Of a DNA stretch of 64,000 nt, positions 48,983-61,100 are shown piece by piece. A model generated the notes under the pieces. It saw only the letters and a list, made by a program, of their open reading frames with translations. It was not told where the DNA came from and did not search any database. Numbering within the stretch: the first letter of the stretch is position 1; each line of letters opens with the position of its first letter. The translations under genes were made by a program, and so were the position numbers. This stretch comes from Protoeuglena noctilucae (taxonomy: Eukaryota): assembly GCA_958009085.1 (NCBI GenBank), contig OY253672.1, forward strand, positions 1,178,001 to 1,242,000, read 5' to 3'.

Positions 48983-50853
48983 ATGAACGCTGGCACGAAG
49001 GCGACCACATCGAGGGAGTCCGTGACACTGCTCTGCCGTATTTTCGATTTGCTAGGCATTCGTTGGGTCACGCCTGAGACTCTCAGGTGCGAAGCTCCGA
49101 AATGACTGTTTGTGCACGCGACGGGACTTCCCGTTGCGACTGCGAGGCCGATGACCCGCTTCCTCCCCGCGCAGGCAAGCCAAGCTTTGCGCGGGCGTTG
49201 GCGACAGGCTTTGGCGTGCTCTACACGACCTCTGCCTCCTCCATCTGGCCGGGTTTCCTCACAAGGCTGGGCCGGGACTGGAGGCGTTTTGGGCGCAGGC
49301 GAGGGGCAGTGCGACTGGAATCTCCTGGCGTTGCGTCGTCAGAGTCCGTGATATCATGAGAATTCATGCGATTGCTTCGGTGGACTCGCCTGCAGGTCGA
49401 CTTGGAGCGGGGAAGGGACATCCCTCCAGAGGCTAGGGCCCTGGCCCGTCACTGTCTTCTCAGCTGGGGATACGATCAACTCTCCATCCTCTCCGACGAT
49501 CCCCGGGTGTGCACGTCTCAGGAGCTTCTCTACGGTGAGATGCGCCATCGTGGTCATGCCGCATCTCTCGCAAGACAGACCTGTAACCAACTGGAGTCGC
49601 GGGTCCTGCCCCTCGCAGCTTTGGCTTGGCTGGTCTGGAGGGCGGGCGTTTTCGAGCGGGGAGCGCAGCGGCTGGCGGCAGAGGCGGCGGGCCGCGTGGC
49701 GGAGCGCCTGCCGCCATACCCGTACGTGCCTGCCACGGCCCCCGGCGTCCTCTCTCGGCTCGAGGATGAAACCGAGGACGCGGCTACGCTCGTCGCTCAG
49801 GCCGCGATCCTGACGCAGGGCCTGCGAGGCCGCGCCCTGGCCGACGCCCTGGGCGTTCAGGCTGAGATGCTCCTGGGCAAAGTGCGGGCGACCGTACAGG
49901 GCCTCTCTCGGGAGCACGCGGAGGTGGGCAGGCTCGCGCAGTCGCTGGGCCAGGCAGCCTCCCGCCACGGGCCCCCGACCCCGTACGACCTCCACCTCTC
50001 AGCACACCAGAGGACGCGCAAGCGCCACGAGGCAGCGATGGAGGCCGCCGTGGAGGTGATGCAGGTGACGAGCGCTGCTATAAATGCCGTCGATGTGCGC
50101 GATGGCCGATCCCCGGCGGGGCTTCTGCTCGCGTGTCCTTCCTCATGCCAGTGCATCTCGATTGTGACAACGCAGGTCGAGGTCCAGGTGGCCCGCGCAG
50201 CCCAGGCGTTCTTCGCATGGGTCGACGGAGCCCTCGCTGCCGGGCCTGCGCGAGTGCCGGCGTCGCCCGCTGACGGGGCCTCTGCTTCAGCAGCAACGGA
50301 GGCGCCGTTGCCGCCCCTCCCAGCCATGCGCGACTCTTCCGCTGGCCGACGACTCACCGCTCATCGGGAGGCGGCTCTGCGGATGCTGGAGCAGGCGGCG
50401 GTGGGGCTGCGTGGTCTGGGCCCCGCAGCTGCAGATGGCACTAACGCCATGGGCCACACGTCCAGCACAGCGTCTCTGGTAGCGGCGGCAGCGCAGCGGC
50501 TATCGGAGGACCGGGCGGGCGAGGGCATGCCGAGGAGAGATGGGACCCCTGAAGTGCACATGATGGAAGGGGAGTTCCGATTGCAGGAGGCTGGGGCCCC
50601 TTGGCACCCCCACGACGGCTGGGCTGGCGACCCGCCCCTGCGCATGGTTAGCTGGGGCGGGGTGCGTGCGCCGGGGCAGGACGCAGAGAGGGTCGCAGCG
50701 CGAGTGGGCGCTCTGGATGACGCCGTGGGGTTGCTGACGCGCCACGTCGTGGAGGCGAGCCGCGTCTTGGCGAAAGCCAAGGCGCGCAACCGGTCCCGGG
50801 CCCTCCAGGCAGCGGCGCAGCTGTCGGATGAGGTGCGCGTTTCACACGTCTAG
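48983..50853 (+). CDS. TEDC1: Tubulin epsilon and delta complex protein 1-like (TEDC1/C14orf80)
   Basis: Spliced N-terminus SVTLLCRIFDLLGIRWVTPETLR|QAKL...LWRALHDL, then HCLLSWGY...SQELLY|ALAWLVWR and a later AQAFFAWVDGAL. These resemble the TEDC1 motifs PETFRRAK, SRELLLALGWL and FWQWMESV as I recall them. The 3' end is uncertain. Confidence 0.7.
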
Positions 50854-50945
50854 CGCCCAACGACCCGGGTCACGCCTCGGGACGCGCACGCGCTCTTGCC
50901 GGGGCTGTGGGGGGGCTAGGCAGCACCCGACGGCGAGCAGTGCAG

Positions 50946-51896
50946 CTAGTTGAGGGATTTTTGAATGAGTTGCATCAGCACGTCCTTCGGCAAGCCCATG
51001 ACGGAGTCCATGCTCCCTTCCTGCCGAGCGATGCACGGGGTCACGGCTGGGTGCTCTGCCTGCAGCCCGCCTGCGCACCAAAGGACCTCTCCGTCCGCAA
51101 TCACCGCGTCCTCGACCTCCCTGCTGATCTCCTTAAAGTAGATCTTGGCGATGTCGACGCAGCCGTTGCGGGAGCCGCTCGCTAGGTCCGTCACAAGCAC
51201 GCCCGACACGGTGCAGGTCGGGTCCGGCGAGTCGCTGTACTCCCGGATGAACTGCCGGCACTGGCTCTCGTCCTCAGGCTTCTCGCGGATCTGCCCCCGG
51301 AACGTCACGACCTGCAGAAGGTTGGGGGCCAGCCAATCGAAATGGCTCAGCCGCGGAGCCGCAAGAGCGCCTTCTCCAGCAGCGAGCAGCCACAGACCTG
51401 ATCGCAGGTGATGAGCAAACCCTTTTTCGCCTTCTGCGGCGCCATCTTGGTCAGGATGGCGTCCGCCTGCGGATGCATGGGCAGGTAGTCAGGTCGCCGG
51501 GCTGAGAAAGGGCTCAGCCAGCCGCATGGCCCATCCATGCGCACCTTGGCGTTCGCCAGCAGCATCACAAGCTTTTCGGGATCCTGCGGGCGTAAGCACC
51601 AGCACCGAAAATCACGCAAGAGCGAGAGACGAGCCCACACGGTATGCGATCGTAGCAGCGCTCGCCTCGTGTCGAATGGGCTTCTCGTCGATATCTGCCG
51701 TCATCACGCTGTACGTTATGCCCATATCTTTCGATATCTCGTCCATGATCTGCAATCCGATGAGCAGGCGCCCCTATCTGCGTTGCTGCACTCTCCGCGA
51801 CTGCTGGGATTGGCGGCTGCACGCTCTCACCCGTCGCCTGAAGATGGAACTCGATCCCAGTATAACAGGAGGCATGTCTCGGAGCAGCGCAGTCAT
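50946..51896 (-). CDS. Maf-family nucleoside triphosphate pyrophosphatase (YceF/m7GTP-pyrophosphatase-like), multi-exon
   Basis: VILGSSSIFRRR, ADIDEKPIRHE|DPEKLVMLLANAK|ADAI, LLITCDQ|VVTFRGQIREKP, VLWCAGGL and EGSMDSVMGLP. Confidence 0.92.
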
Positions 51897-52130
51897 GGTC
51901 GCGGCGGGGCGCAGCGTTGAGAGCGTCGGGAGTCCGCGCATGCACCTAGCTGGGTTCAACCGTCACCAAAGCAAGTCCGCCGCAACAGTTCGCCGCTAAA
52001 GATTCAAGGAAATCAATGCCATTGAGAGAAAGTGTGCCCATAGCACACATGAGATGCATATATGACACCCGCAAATGGGTGTAACCCTGCCAGAGGTGAC
52101 GCAGTGAAGACCGATGCTCAAATGCATCGC

Positions 52131-55100
52131 TTAGAGTATGGCCCCCCACCCCACATACATGCGCATCAGGTTGTCTGGGTTGGTGGCCTCTGTCAGCAGC
52201 TGCTGCACCTGCCCCTCCACGCCCCGCGTCTCCCCGTCCCCAAAATCTGCGCACAACGCACGAAGCACGATCCTGCGCTGCCTCGTGCTCTGGCCCCTCA
52301 CCGCAGCAGCAATCAAAGCTACAACGGCACACTCTCGTCCCGCACTGCCATCTCTCACCTTGCCCCTCAAGCTTCTGCCGCACTCGCAGGATTGCACGTG
52401 CCGCGTCCGCAGTCCCCTGCAGTGCCTCCGGCGCCACAGCAGCGGCCTCCTCGGCGTCCGCAGCGTCCGGCTGCTCCTCCCTCTGCTGCCACCGCCGGGC
52501 GCGCGACGGCGACAATGCCCACTTGTACAGGGGGTCGTGCACAAACACCTCGATGACGGTCAGCATGGGGTCCCGGTTGGCGCGCAGCACCCCCACCGTG
52601 GCCTCCATGCACCGCCGGAGGGGCCCCTCGACGCCCTGCGGCCCCATGCCGTCCACGATGTCCCTGGTCATGCGGAAAGGCACTCGCTCCGGGGTTGGGA
52701 GCAACCGCCCCTGCTCGAATGCAATGCCCAGGTCGATGTGCACCACCTCCGCCGTCGACATGTCGACGAGGATGTTGGACGAGTGCCGGTCTCCCAGACC
52801 GAGCAGGTACCCCGCCACGCTGGCGGCTGCCGTGGACCTCGTGAAGGTCAGCCGGGCCACGTACCAGTCCCGCGGCGCTGGGAACCTCTCCAGGAAGAAG
52901 TGCCTCAGGACGGGCGGAAAGCGAGACGTCACGTCCGCCCACGCGGCGGGCAAGTGACCCAAACCCTTCTGCTGCTCCAGCACCTGAGCATCCCTGAGCT
53001 TCTGCACGCCCTCAATGTACGCGAGGCCGCCGGGCGGGGCGTAGCGCGCGTGGGCGCCCCCCGAGCGGCCGACGAGCCAGTCGGTGAGGACGAGGGTGTT
53101 GTTGACCCACTCCACCAGCCCGCACCGGGGCGTGAGGGGCACGACCCGGTAGGTGCGCACGGAGAGCGCGCGCTGCCGGCATCGGCCGTCCGCCGCAAGC
53201 AGGGCGTTGATCAGCCCGAACATCTGCTGCATGACGGCGTCTTGCCGGAGGTCGTCGCCGCCGCTCTTGACGAGCTGCGCCCGCCGGGTTCCGTCACTGC
53301 AGCTGACCTTGACGCGCTTTGGGCTGTTGACGCCCCCCACAAACTGCACCTCTCTGTCGAACCCAGTGAAGATCGGCAGCGACTCGGGCGCGTACGTGCC
53401 GGAAGGGTCCACGGGGACCGTGGCTGTCGGGACCGGCACCATGTCGAGTCCCCGGGTGCGACGGACGACGTCGGCAGGGACGTTCGGGAAGCTCTTCAGG
53501 TTCTCTCGGAGGGGCAAAGACCCGATCGCGAGGTAGGCTTCGATGAGCTGCTCCATCTGGCCTGCCACACGCGCTGACCGGTCCTGCGAGGGGGGGGTCA
53601 TGGGCGTCCCGCATGTCTGGCGACCAGTGGCGACAAACACCGCACGCGCCTTCTTGTTGGCTTCTGGAAAGCGGCACGTTCGTCGCATGTTCGGCATCGT
53701 CATCGCTGCCAGCCACGAGCTGGCGCCTGCCCTGTGCCGCAGCTGCTGCACTGCGCACGCTCACCCCCCGCGCCACCAACCGACTCAGGAGCGCCTTGGC
53801 AGCTGCGACCTTCTCCTGGTCGACACGGAACTCCAGACCACCGGCGTTCGACCCCCCCGGCACCCTGGCACCCGCCACGCGGCTCCCATTGGCCAGGGCG
53901 AAGAGGTGGTGCAGCATGTGGTGCGGATGCTGCACCACCACGCGCATCACCAGCGCCTGGACCACGCCCTGGAAGCCAGAGTCCTCGCCAGAGGCGCTGA
54001 GGACTGCCCCGCCCACGCGGCTGGCGATCTGGTAGGCGAGCGGGAGGAACTTGTACGACGCCACCTCAGGAAGCACCGAAGCGAGGTCGGCGTTCACGTC
54101 CGCGTCGGCGCTGGCCGCCAGCCACAGCCGCACGAGCTTGAAGAGCGCGGGGAGGTCGTGCGCGTCCCCGGCCACCAGCGCGTCCTTGCTGGCGCGCAGG
54201 GCAGAGCGGCGGTACTGCAGCAGGGAGGCCTCCATGTGTCGGCGAGCGTCGCGCTCTGCCGCCGTCAGCATGGACAGCTCCCGGGCCTTCCGGGACAGCT
54301 CGGACAGAGCGCGGTCCTGGGCCGCCTTTTCCCGCACCGGCTGCGCCTGCAGGGCCCTGCAGGAAGGACAGGAGAGGGCACCGCACCCATGGGCGTCATC
54401 GCACGCAATGTGCGTTTCCCTGCACACCAGAAGGCCTTGACGCAAGCAACAAGTTCGCTATCAACCACCGATCGCAGCACTCACCGAATCTTGTCCGTCA
54501 CGTGCTCCAGCTCCTCCTCCTGGCGCCTCAGCACGTCCTGCTTGCGTCGGTACTCGGGAGCCTGCATAGCAGCCGCGTGCTGCGTGTGCAGGCGGTCCGC
54601 GAACTGGGCCACGCGCCAGTGCGCCTCGCAGAGAGCCCCCGGCGAGCCCTTCAGGTGATCCAACGCCCCGTGCAGGTAGTTGTCGAGGATCGATGAAGGG
54701 GAGTCCATGCTATGCTCCGCCATCCACCACCCAGCCACGCTCATGGCCTCCCCCAGCCGCTGCCCGTCGCACGACCCGTCCCGCGCCATGTCTGCCACGA
54801 GACCGCGCACCACCCGCACCGCCTGAGCGCGACGGCCTCGGTCCCATGTGAGTTCCACCTCCTCCAGGCGCCACACCGCGTCCGCCCGGCGCAGCGCCGG
54901 GTCCAGCGTGGGCCCCTCGGGGCCCTCCAGCAGCGACCTCACGCTCGCCAGGTACGACTGCCCCAGCGCGTGCTCCCCCGCCACCCGGGCGTGCCTCGCC
55001 GCGCGCCGCCACAGCTCCGCCAGGGCGTTGAGCTGCCGCGTCGCGCTCAGCGCCGCGCCCTGCACCGCCAGCAGCGGCTCCATGAGCCAGAACCGCCCGT

Positions 55101-58100
55101 CGCGCCCCGCAGCTTCCTCGACGATGTGCCACCGTGCCGTCGCCACGGACGCATCCCCCGGCCACCGGCCCACTGCCTCCGACCCCACGCACTGCTCAGA
55201 GCCCTCATAGCTCAGCAACAGCCCGCCCCAGGACCCCGGCAGCCCAGCAAAGGTCTCAGGATGCATCTCCTCTGTGCCGGTCTCAGCCATCCGCGCCAGC
55301 CCCGGGGCGAATCGCAGCGGCCATGCGCTGGCAAGGATCCCCGCCATCTGCAGCTGCACCAGGAGCGCGTTCAGGGAGGCTACGGCTTCAGGGCGGTCGA
55401 CCTCCAGCGCATCGGCAGTGACGCGCGTCGCGAGGGCGAGCGAAGCGCCCAGCTGCTCGGCGTCACCCCCTGCGAGCGCAGAGACGGCCCCGAGGACCGC
55501 GCCGGAGAACCCGGCCTCCAGGAGTAGCGGCGCGTCGTCCGGGGCGGCCGGAGGGGCGCCCCACTGCCCCATGCGCCATGCCGCGTCGGCGACGTGCCCG
55601 GGGCTAACCCCGCCGCGCAGCGTCGCCGCCGCCAGCGCCCCGCAGCCCATCCGCTGCAGGGCTGCAGCCGCGTGCAAGCCGCTTCCCGCCTCTCCGCTCC
55701 CGGTGCGTCCGCCCACGTCCGAGAGCACGAGCGCCGCTGGCCAGTCGCCCTCATGCACTGCAAGCTCTCGCTGTGACGTGCCGTCCAGCCCCGCCTCCAC
55801 TCCGTAAACCCCATCCGGTTCCCCCGTGGCCCGGTGCGCCCTCAGCAGCAGCGCCTCCACCACCGCCCTCTCCTCTGCCCTATGATTGCTCGCCTCCTCC
55901 ACCTCCCACTGCTCCAAATACAGCAACGCCGTCATGGGCGCGTGCAGGGCCAGCGCCGCCTCCGCCATCGTCACGTAGCTCACGTCCAGCCAATACACGT
56001 GGTCCCAGAACACCGGGCTCATCGCCAGCGACCATCGGCCGGTGAGTAGCAGGTGGGCAGCGCCGCCCTCCCTCTGCAGATCCTGGGCGTCCGAGGGGAG
56101 GGGCCGGTTCGGTCCCGACGCAGAAATGGCCGCCGCGGGGCGCTTGCGGCCCTGGGAGACCTGCCGGGCTGCCTTATCAAAGACCCACTTGCCGCATGAC
56201 AGCCGGCGCCCCACCGCCTGCGCATGGGCCAGCCCGTCCTGCCGCAGGCGCCGCAGATGCTCCGCCCACTCCAGCACCGCGCGCACGGCGTGCCGCCGCG
56301 CCTGCAGGCCCTTGCCAAGCGTCGATGCATCAGCCGCGCCCACGCTCCCGGACGCGCCTTGGAGCACGGGCCTCAGCACGTGCTGCTCCAACCCCGCGGA
56401 TATCGCAGCGCAGAATTCCCCCGTCTCGCAGTCCCACGTGGCGATGTCCGCCAGAGCCGGGCCCCCCAGGTGCCTCGCCAGGTCCGGGCACAGCTTGGCC
56501 GCGGGGGCGCACATGCGCAACGCGTCATCCACAGCGCAGCGGAGGAGCGCGGGCACGACCCGGCACACCCAGGAGTCGAAATCGGATCCGTCGCAGGACC
56601 AGAGGCTGGCCGCCGACAGGGTGCTCGGGTCTGAGGGGGTTGGGGTCCCAGGGTCGCTTGGGCCGTCGTGGAGGTCAGCGTAGTGGCTGACATACCGAGA
56701 CTCGGACGGCGGCAGGGATCGAAGCAAATCAGCCACCCCGTCGATGCTGAAGAGGCCGTGCAGGCACGTGTCAGCTGCCGCCACCACGGCCCCGTCCAGC
56801 GATGCCAGGCGCGCCTGCAGGATGCCCAGGGTGCGGGGCAGCCACGGTCGCGGCCAGGGCGACGCGTCGCTGCGGGTGCCCTGCCCGCCCGCGTCACCCG
56901 TTGAAACCCCCGCGTCCCAGTCGCTGAGGGTGGGCGCTGCGATGCACTGAGCTGGGACCGGGCCCATGCTCGCCAGCAGCTGCAGCGCGCACTGGTGCAT
57001 GGGGTCGCTCTCGCGATGCTGCGCCAGCTGCAGCAACCGCAGCGGCCACTTCAGCCCGATTTCCTCCGCGGACCTGCCCCGGGCCGCCACCAGCAGCGCG
57101 TCTGCCGCTGCCTTGCGCACCGTCGGCCCCAGCCACGAGGCATTGCGGCAGAGCCACGCCATGTCCTCTGCGCAGGAAGGCTTCGTGGCATCCCGCTCCC
57201 GGCCGTGCACCTCCCGCAGCGGCCTCAGTGCGTCGGCGGCGGGCAGCGCGGGCACCTCAGCCAAACACGCGCGTAGGTCCTGGCGTGCGGCGCAGTGCCG
57301 CGCCAGCAACCCCGCCAGTTCCCGCAGCCGCGACGGCGACGGAGCGTCTTGCCCCGGCGAGCGCGTGGCTGCCTCGGCGATGGCGCAGGCGATGCCGGCC
57401 ACCAGGTCGGCGTAGGTGGCGGCCGTGTCTGGGTCGGCCGGGAGCGTGTCAAGCAGAGACGCCAGCATGCCAGCAGCATCCTCCGCCACCGCGCCGCCGC
57501 CCGCGAGGACGTGGCAGAGGACGCCCACAAACTGCCTTAGCACCGGGGGGGCGTGCAGGAGGGGACCGATGACTTCTGCTGCTGCGGCCAAGGGTGGGAG
57601 CAAGTCCGGGGCCCGGGTGGTGTCCTGTGCGGCCAGGAGCGGCCTGCAGACGGCGAGGACCAGGCGCAGGGCGTTGCGAGGGCCCCGGAACGACTCCACG
57701 GGGTCGTCATTCGTCACTTTCTTCTTGATGTTGGCGACGACGGTGGCGGCGTCTGCGAACGGGACGGCGTCCGCCCCCTCGGGCCTGACCAGCCGCAGGG
57801 CCTCCGCCAACACGTCCACCAGGTGCTTCGCATACATGGCCTGCCTGCTCTCCTCGCTCAGGTGCTCCACCAGGGCTGTCCCGAGGGGTTTCTTGGCGTC
57901 CTCATGCGCCATCACCAGGCTGATCATCACGGGGAAGCTCAGCCGAAGCAGCCCCGCCTCATCCATGTCGAGCAGCTCGCCCATCAAGCGCACGTGTTCC
58001 GTCCGTCCCTGCCGCAGCAGGTGCGGGACGGCGTGGTACGCAAGGGGCTGCAGGGGCCGCGGCGCGTCCGCGAGGGCCCGCGGGCTCAGGAGCAGAGGTG

Positions 58101-61100
58101 CCGCGTCGTCGAGACAGTCGACGGGGAAGGCCGCCACTGCCCACCGATGGAGCAGTGCCGGCAGCAGAGGCTCCAGGTAAGCATAGGGGTCAGCGTACCC
58201 TCGCACCGAGGCGCAGTGGCCCAGCAGGGCGCGGGCGAGGCTCTGCTGGGTGCGGTCGACCACGGCCATCGCCGCGATCTGGAACACGCAGTCGGCCTCG
58301 AAGGCGGGCGCCCACGGGGCGGCCCGAGCCAGGGCGAGCATGGATGTGGGGATTCTGGCCCGGTCTGCCGTCTCCAGATTAGCAGAGGCCTCTCCGTACG
58401 AACAGAGGGCCGTCCAGCTCTGCGCATCCAACATCTGTACCGGGAGCTGTTGGAAGTGGCGAAAGACGACGTTGGTGTCCGGGAAGGTCGCCAGCAGCGG
58501 CGCCATGTCGCACGCGGCGACGCGGACCGCCTGAGATGGGTCATTGGCCAGTCGGGACAGCACCATGCCGATGTCGTCCGTCAAGACCCTCAGGTCCTCG
58601 CGCTGCGACGCCTTCCAGGCCGCGGCCACCACGCGCAACAGCGCCCTCGCGGCGTCCGCAGCCGCGACGCGCACGGCGGGGCGGAGCGGGAGATCCACCA
58701 CGGAGTCGATCATCGTGGCAAGGCGGGCCGCGGGGCTCACGCCCGCCCCCGCGCCCCCGTGGCTCTGGTTGGAGGCCTGGGACTGGGACTGCGGCTGCGA
58801 TACCTGGGTGTGCACCGAGTGGGACTGCCCGGGGGTGTCCATGGAGGGCGGGACGGGCCCTGCCGCCAGGGCGGTCGCGATGCGCATCAAACGCAGCATT
58901 CGGTCGCTCCCCACGAACCCGTGTCGCGAGTTGCGGCCGCCCTCCACGACCTCGCAGAGCTCGGAGACGCACGCATCCACCACGCCAGCCGGTAAGTGCC
59001 CCCGGTCGCCTTCCAACCCTGCCCCGTGGTCCCCGGCCCCTGCCTCCAGGTGTGAGAGGGCAACTAACGCACCGAGGCACGCGTCCTCCGGCACGAACCG
59101 CAGCGCGACAGCGACGCATTCGGGCAGTCCCCCAGCCGCGTGTCGCATCCGGCGCAGGGCCTCCCAAGCCCGAAGTGGGTCGACGGGGCCCATCGCCGCC
59201 ACCGCGTCCGCCAGCCACGCGCACGCAGCCGCCGCCGCCTCTGCCCTGACAACGCTCTCTGGTGCCGCCTTCGGGGCCTGCGTTGGCCTGGGCGCCTGCG
59301 TCATGAGCGTGCCACCGAAGTCGCCCAGGTCCTCGTCTGCATCGCTCGCATCACCGGCGTCCCCCTGGCTCAGGGCCTCTCCCTCCGCCGCCACGGACTG
59401 CAGGGCCTCGCGGCAGCGGTGCAGCTGCGACGCAAAAAGACTCTCCGCCGAGCCCAGCGCCTGACTCAGCAGCTCAAGCAGGGGGTCGCAGTCGAGGTGT
59501 GCAACTGCCACCGACGCCACTGCCCCGAGTGCGCGCAGGAGCCCAGGGTGCGGAGGCCGTGCGTCAGACACCAACACAGGCATTCCATCGACGCACGCTC
59601 GGAGCTGCCTCTCCAAAGCATCCCGCAGGTCGGCGGCACCCTGGGCGGCGCTGTGTCGATCGTGCACCGCCTCAAGGCACATGGCCATCACCCTCGCCAT
59701 GGCGAAAGCCGCCAGCACACTGCCCGTGCTATCGGCGGTCGCCTGATCGGCCCAGGGTCCTTTGGAGCCCAGGATCTGAGACGGCCGACAGGAAGAGCAA
59801 CCAGTGGGCGTGCCAAAGTAACACACCGAAGTCGTGCCAGTGTGCAAGTCGAGCATGGCAAGCTCCAAGGCGTGGAAGTGGGGTGCAAACACAAGTGCTA
59901 CTTCTCTGGCCGGCAACCGCATGGCTCGATCCTCACCACTTTCGAGGACAGGCTGGCGTGTGTGACTGTCGCTGTGCCTGCGTTGCTGTCCCTGCTCTGT
60001 GCGGGCAAGTCCTTATCGAAGTGCCCCCGCTCGAGCCGCACATGGATCGGCAGCAACGTCGCCTCCTCGTCGCTGTCTGAAGGTCTGCTCGATGCGTACC
60101 ACGCATCCTGGGGGCAAGCAGCCAGTCGATGTGAGTCACAAGGCATGACAAAAGTCCAGCCAGCCCACGCCCCCAGAAGCAACTCGTCTCGCACCCCCCA
60201 TGTGCAGGGCCGCTCGATGTCAACACACCCACCTGGTACGCGAGCGTGGCGTCTGGTGTGTCGATCCCCGTCGCCGCCGCCACCACACATGCGACCTCGG
60301 CAAACGTGACGACGTCACCGCCGCACCGGCCGCACGCACGCAGGGCCCAGCTCAGAGCACGCTGCCGGAGCTTGACGGTGACACTCGACATGGGTACTGC
60401 CCGCAGTGCCTCCGCCATGGCCCGCACGTGGCCCCATATGATGGTCTTGGGGCCGTGCAGGTGGCCGTCCGCCTGGCTGCGTCAGACAACGCGATGCAGG
60501 GTGTGAGTGGGTGTGAATCGGCGTCACAGCCCAGTCTCCGGCATGCCAGGTGCGCATGTCTGTATGACGGTGGTGGTCGTCACGAGCCCATCTGCGGGTA
60601 GCTCACCTTTCGATCAAAGCGCAGATCTTCACTGCGGCCGTCCCTGCCGCCGTGCGGCTGGCGGCGGCGAGCTTGGACAGGATGAAGGCCGTGGCAGCGA
60701 AGCCCTCGGTTAGGACAGCGGGGTTCAGGCTGGCGGAGCGGTGCTCGAGGCATTCGGTGACCAAACCCACTGCGGGAACAGGGCAATCATACGGCTGTGG
60801 GATGTCGCTGTTGAGGGGAGGAAAGCGCATAGGAGGAGCCCTGCGCGCACTCCTGCACGCATCAAGGGCACACTCACGGCATTCCTGGGCGGGGCCCGGG
60901 TCGCCATGCTCGCTCCCGTGCTGCAGCGAGGCTGCGGCGAGCCGGAAGGACCAGATGGCCGCGCTGGAGGCGAGCACGTCGAGTTGCTGGAGCAGGGCCC
61001 GGACGGAGGCGTGGAGCTCAGCGAGGCAGTCGGGGTCGCAGAACAGGCCCTCCTGCAGCATCGTGCACACCAGCGGAGCCCAAGCCTGGGAGGAGCGTCG

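Noticed and set aside
48745..49071. 108-aa minus-strand ORF as the first exon of the hypothetical membrane protein
   Set aside because: It overlaps the better-supported first exon of the TEDC1-like gene on the plus strand.
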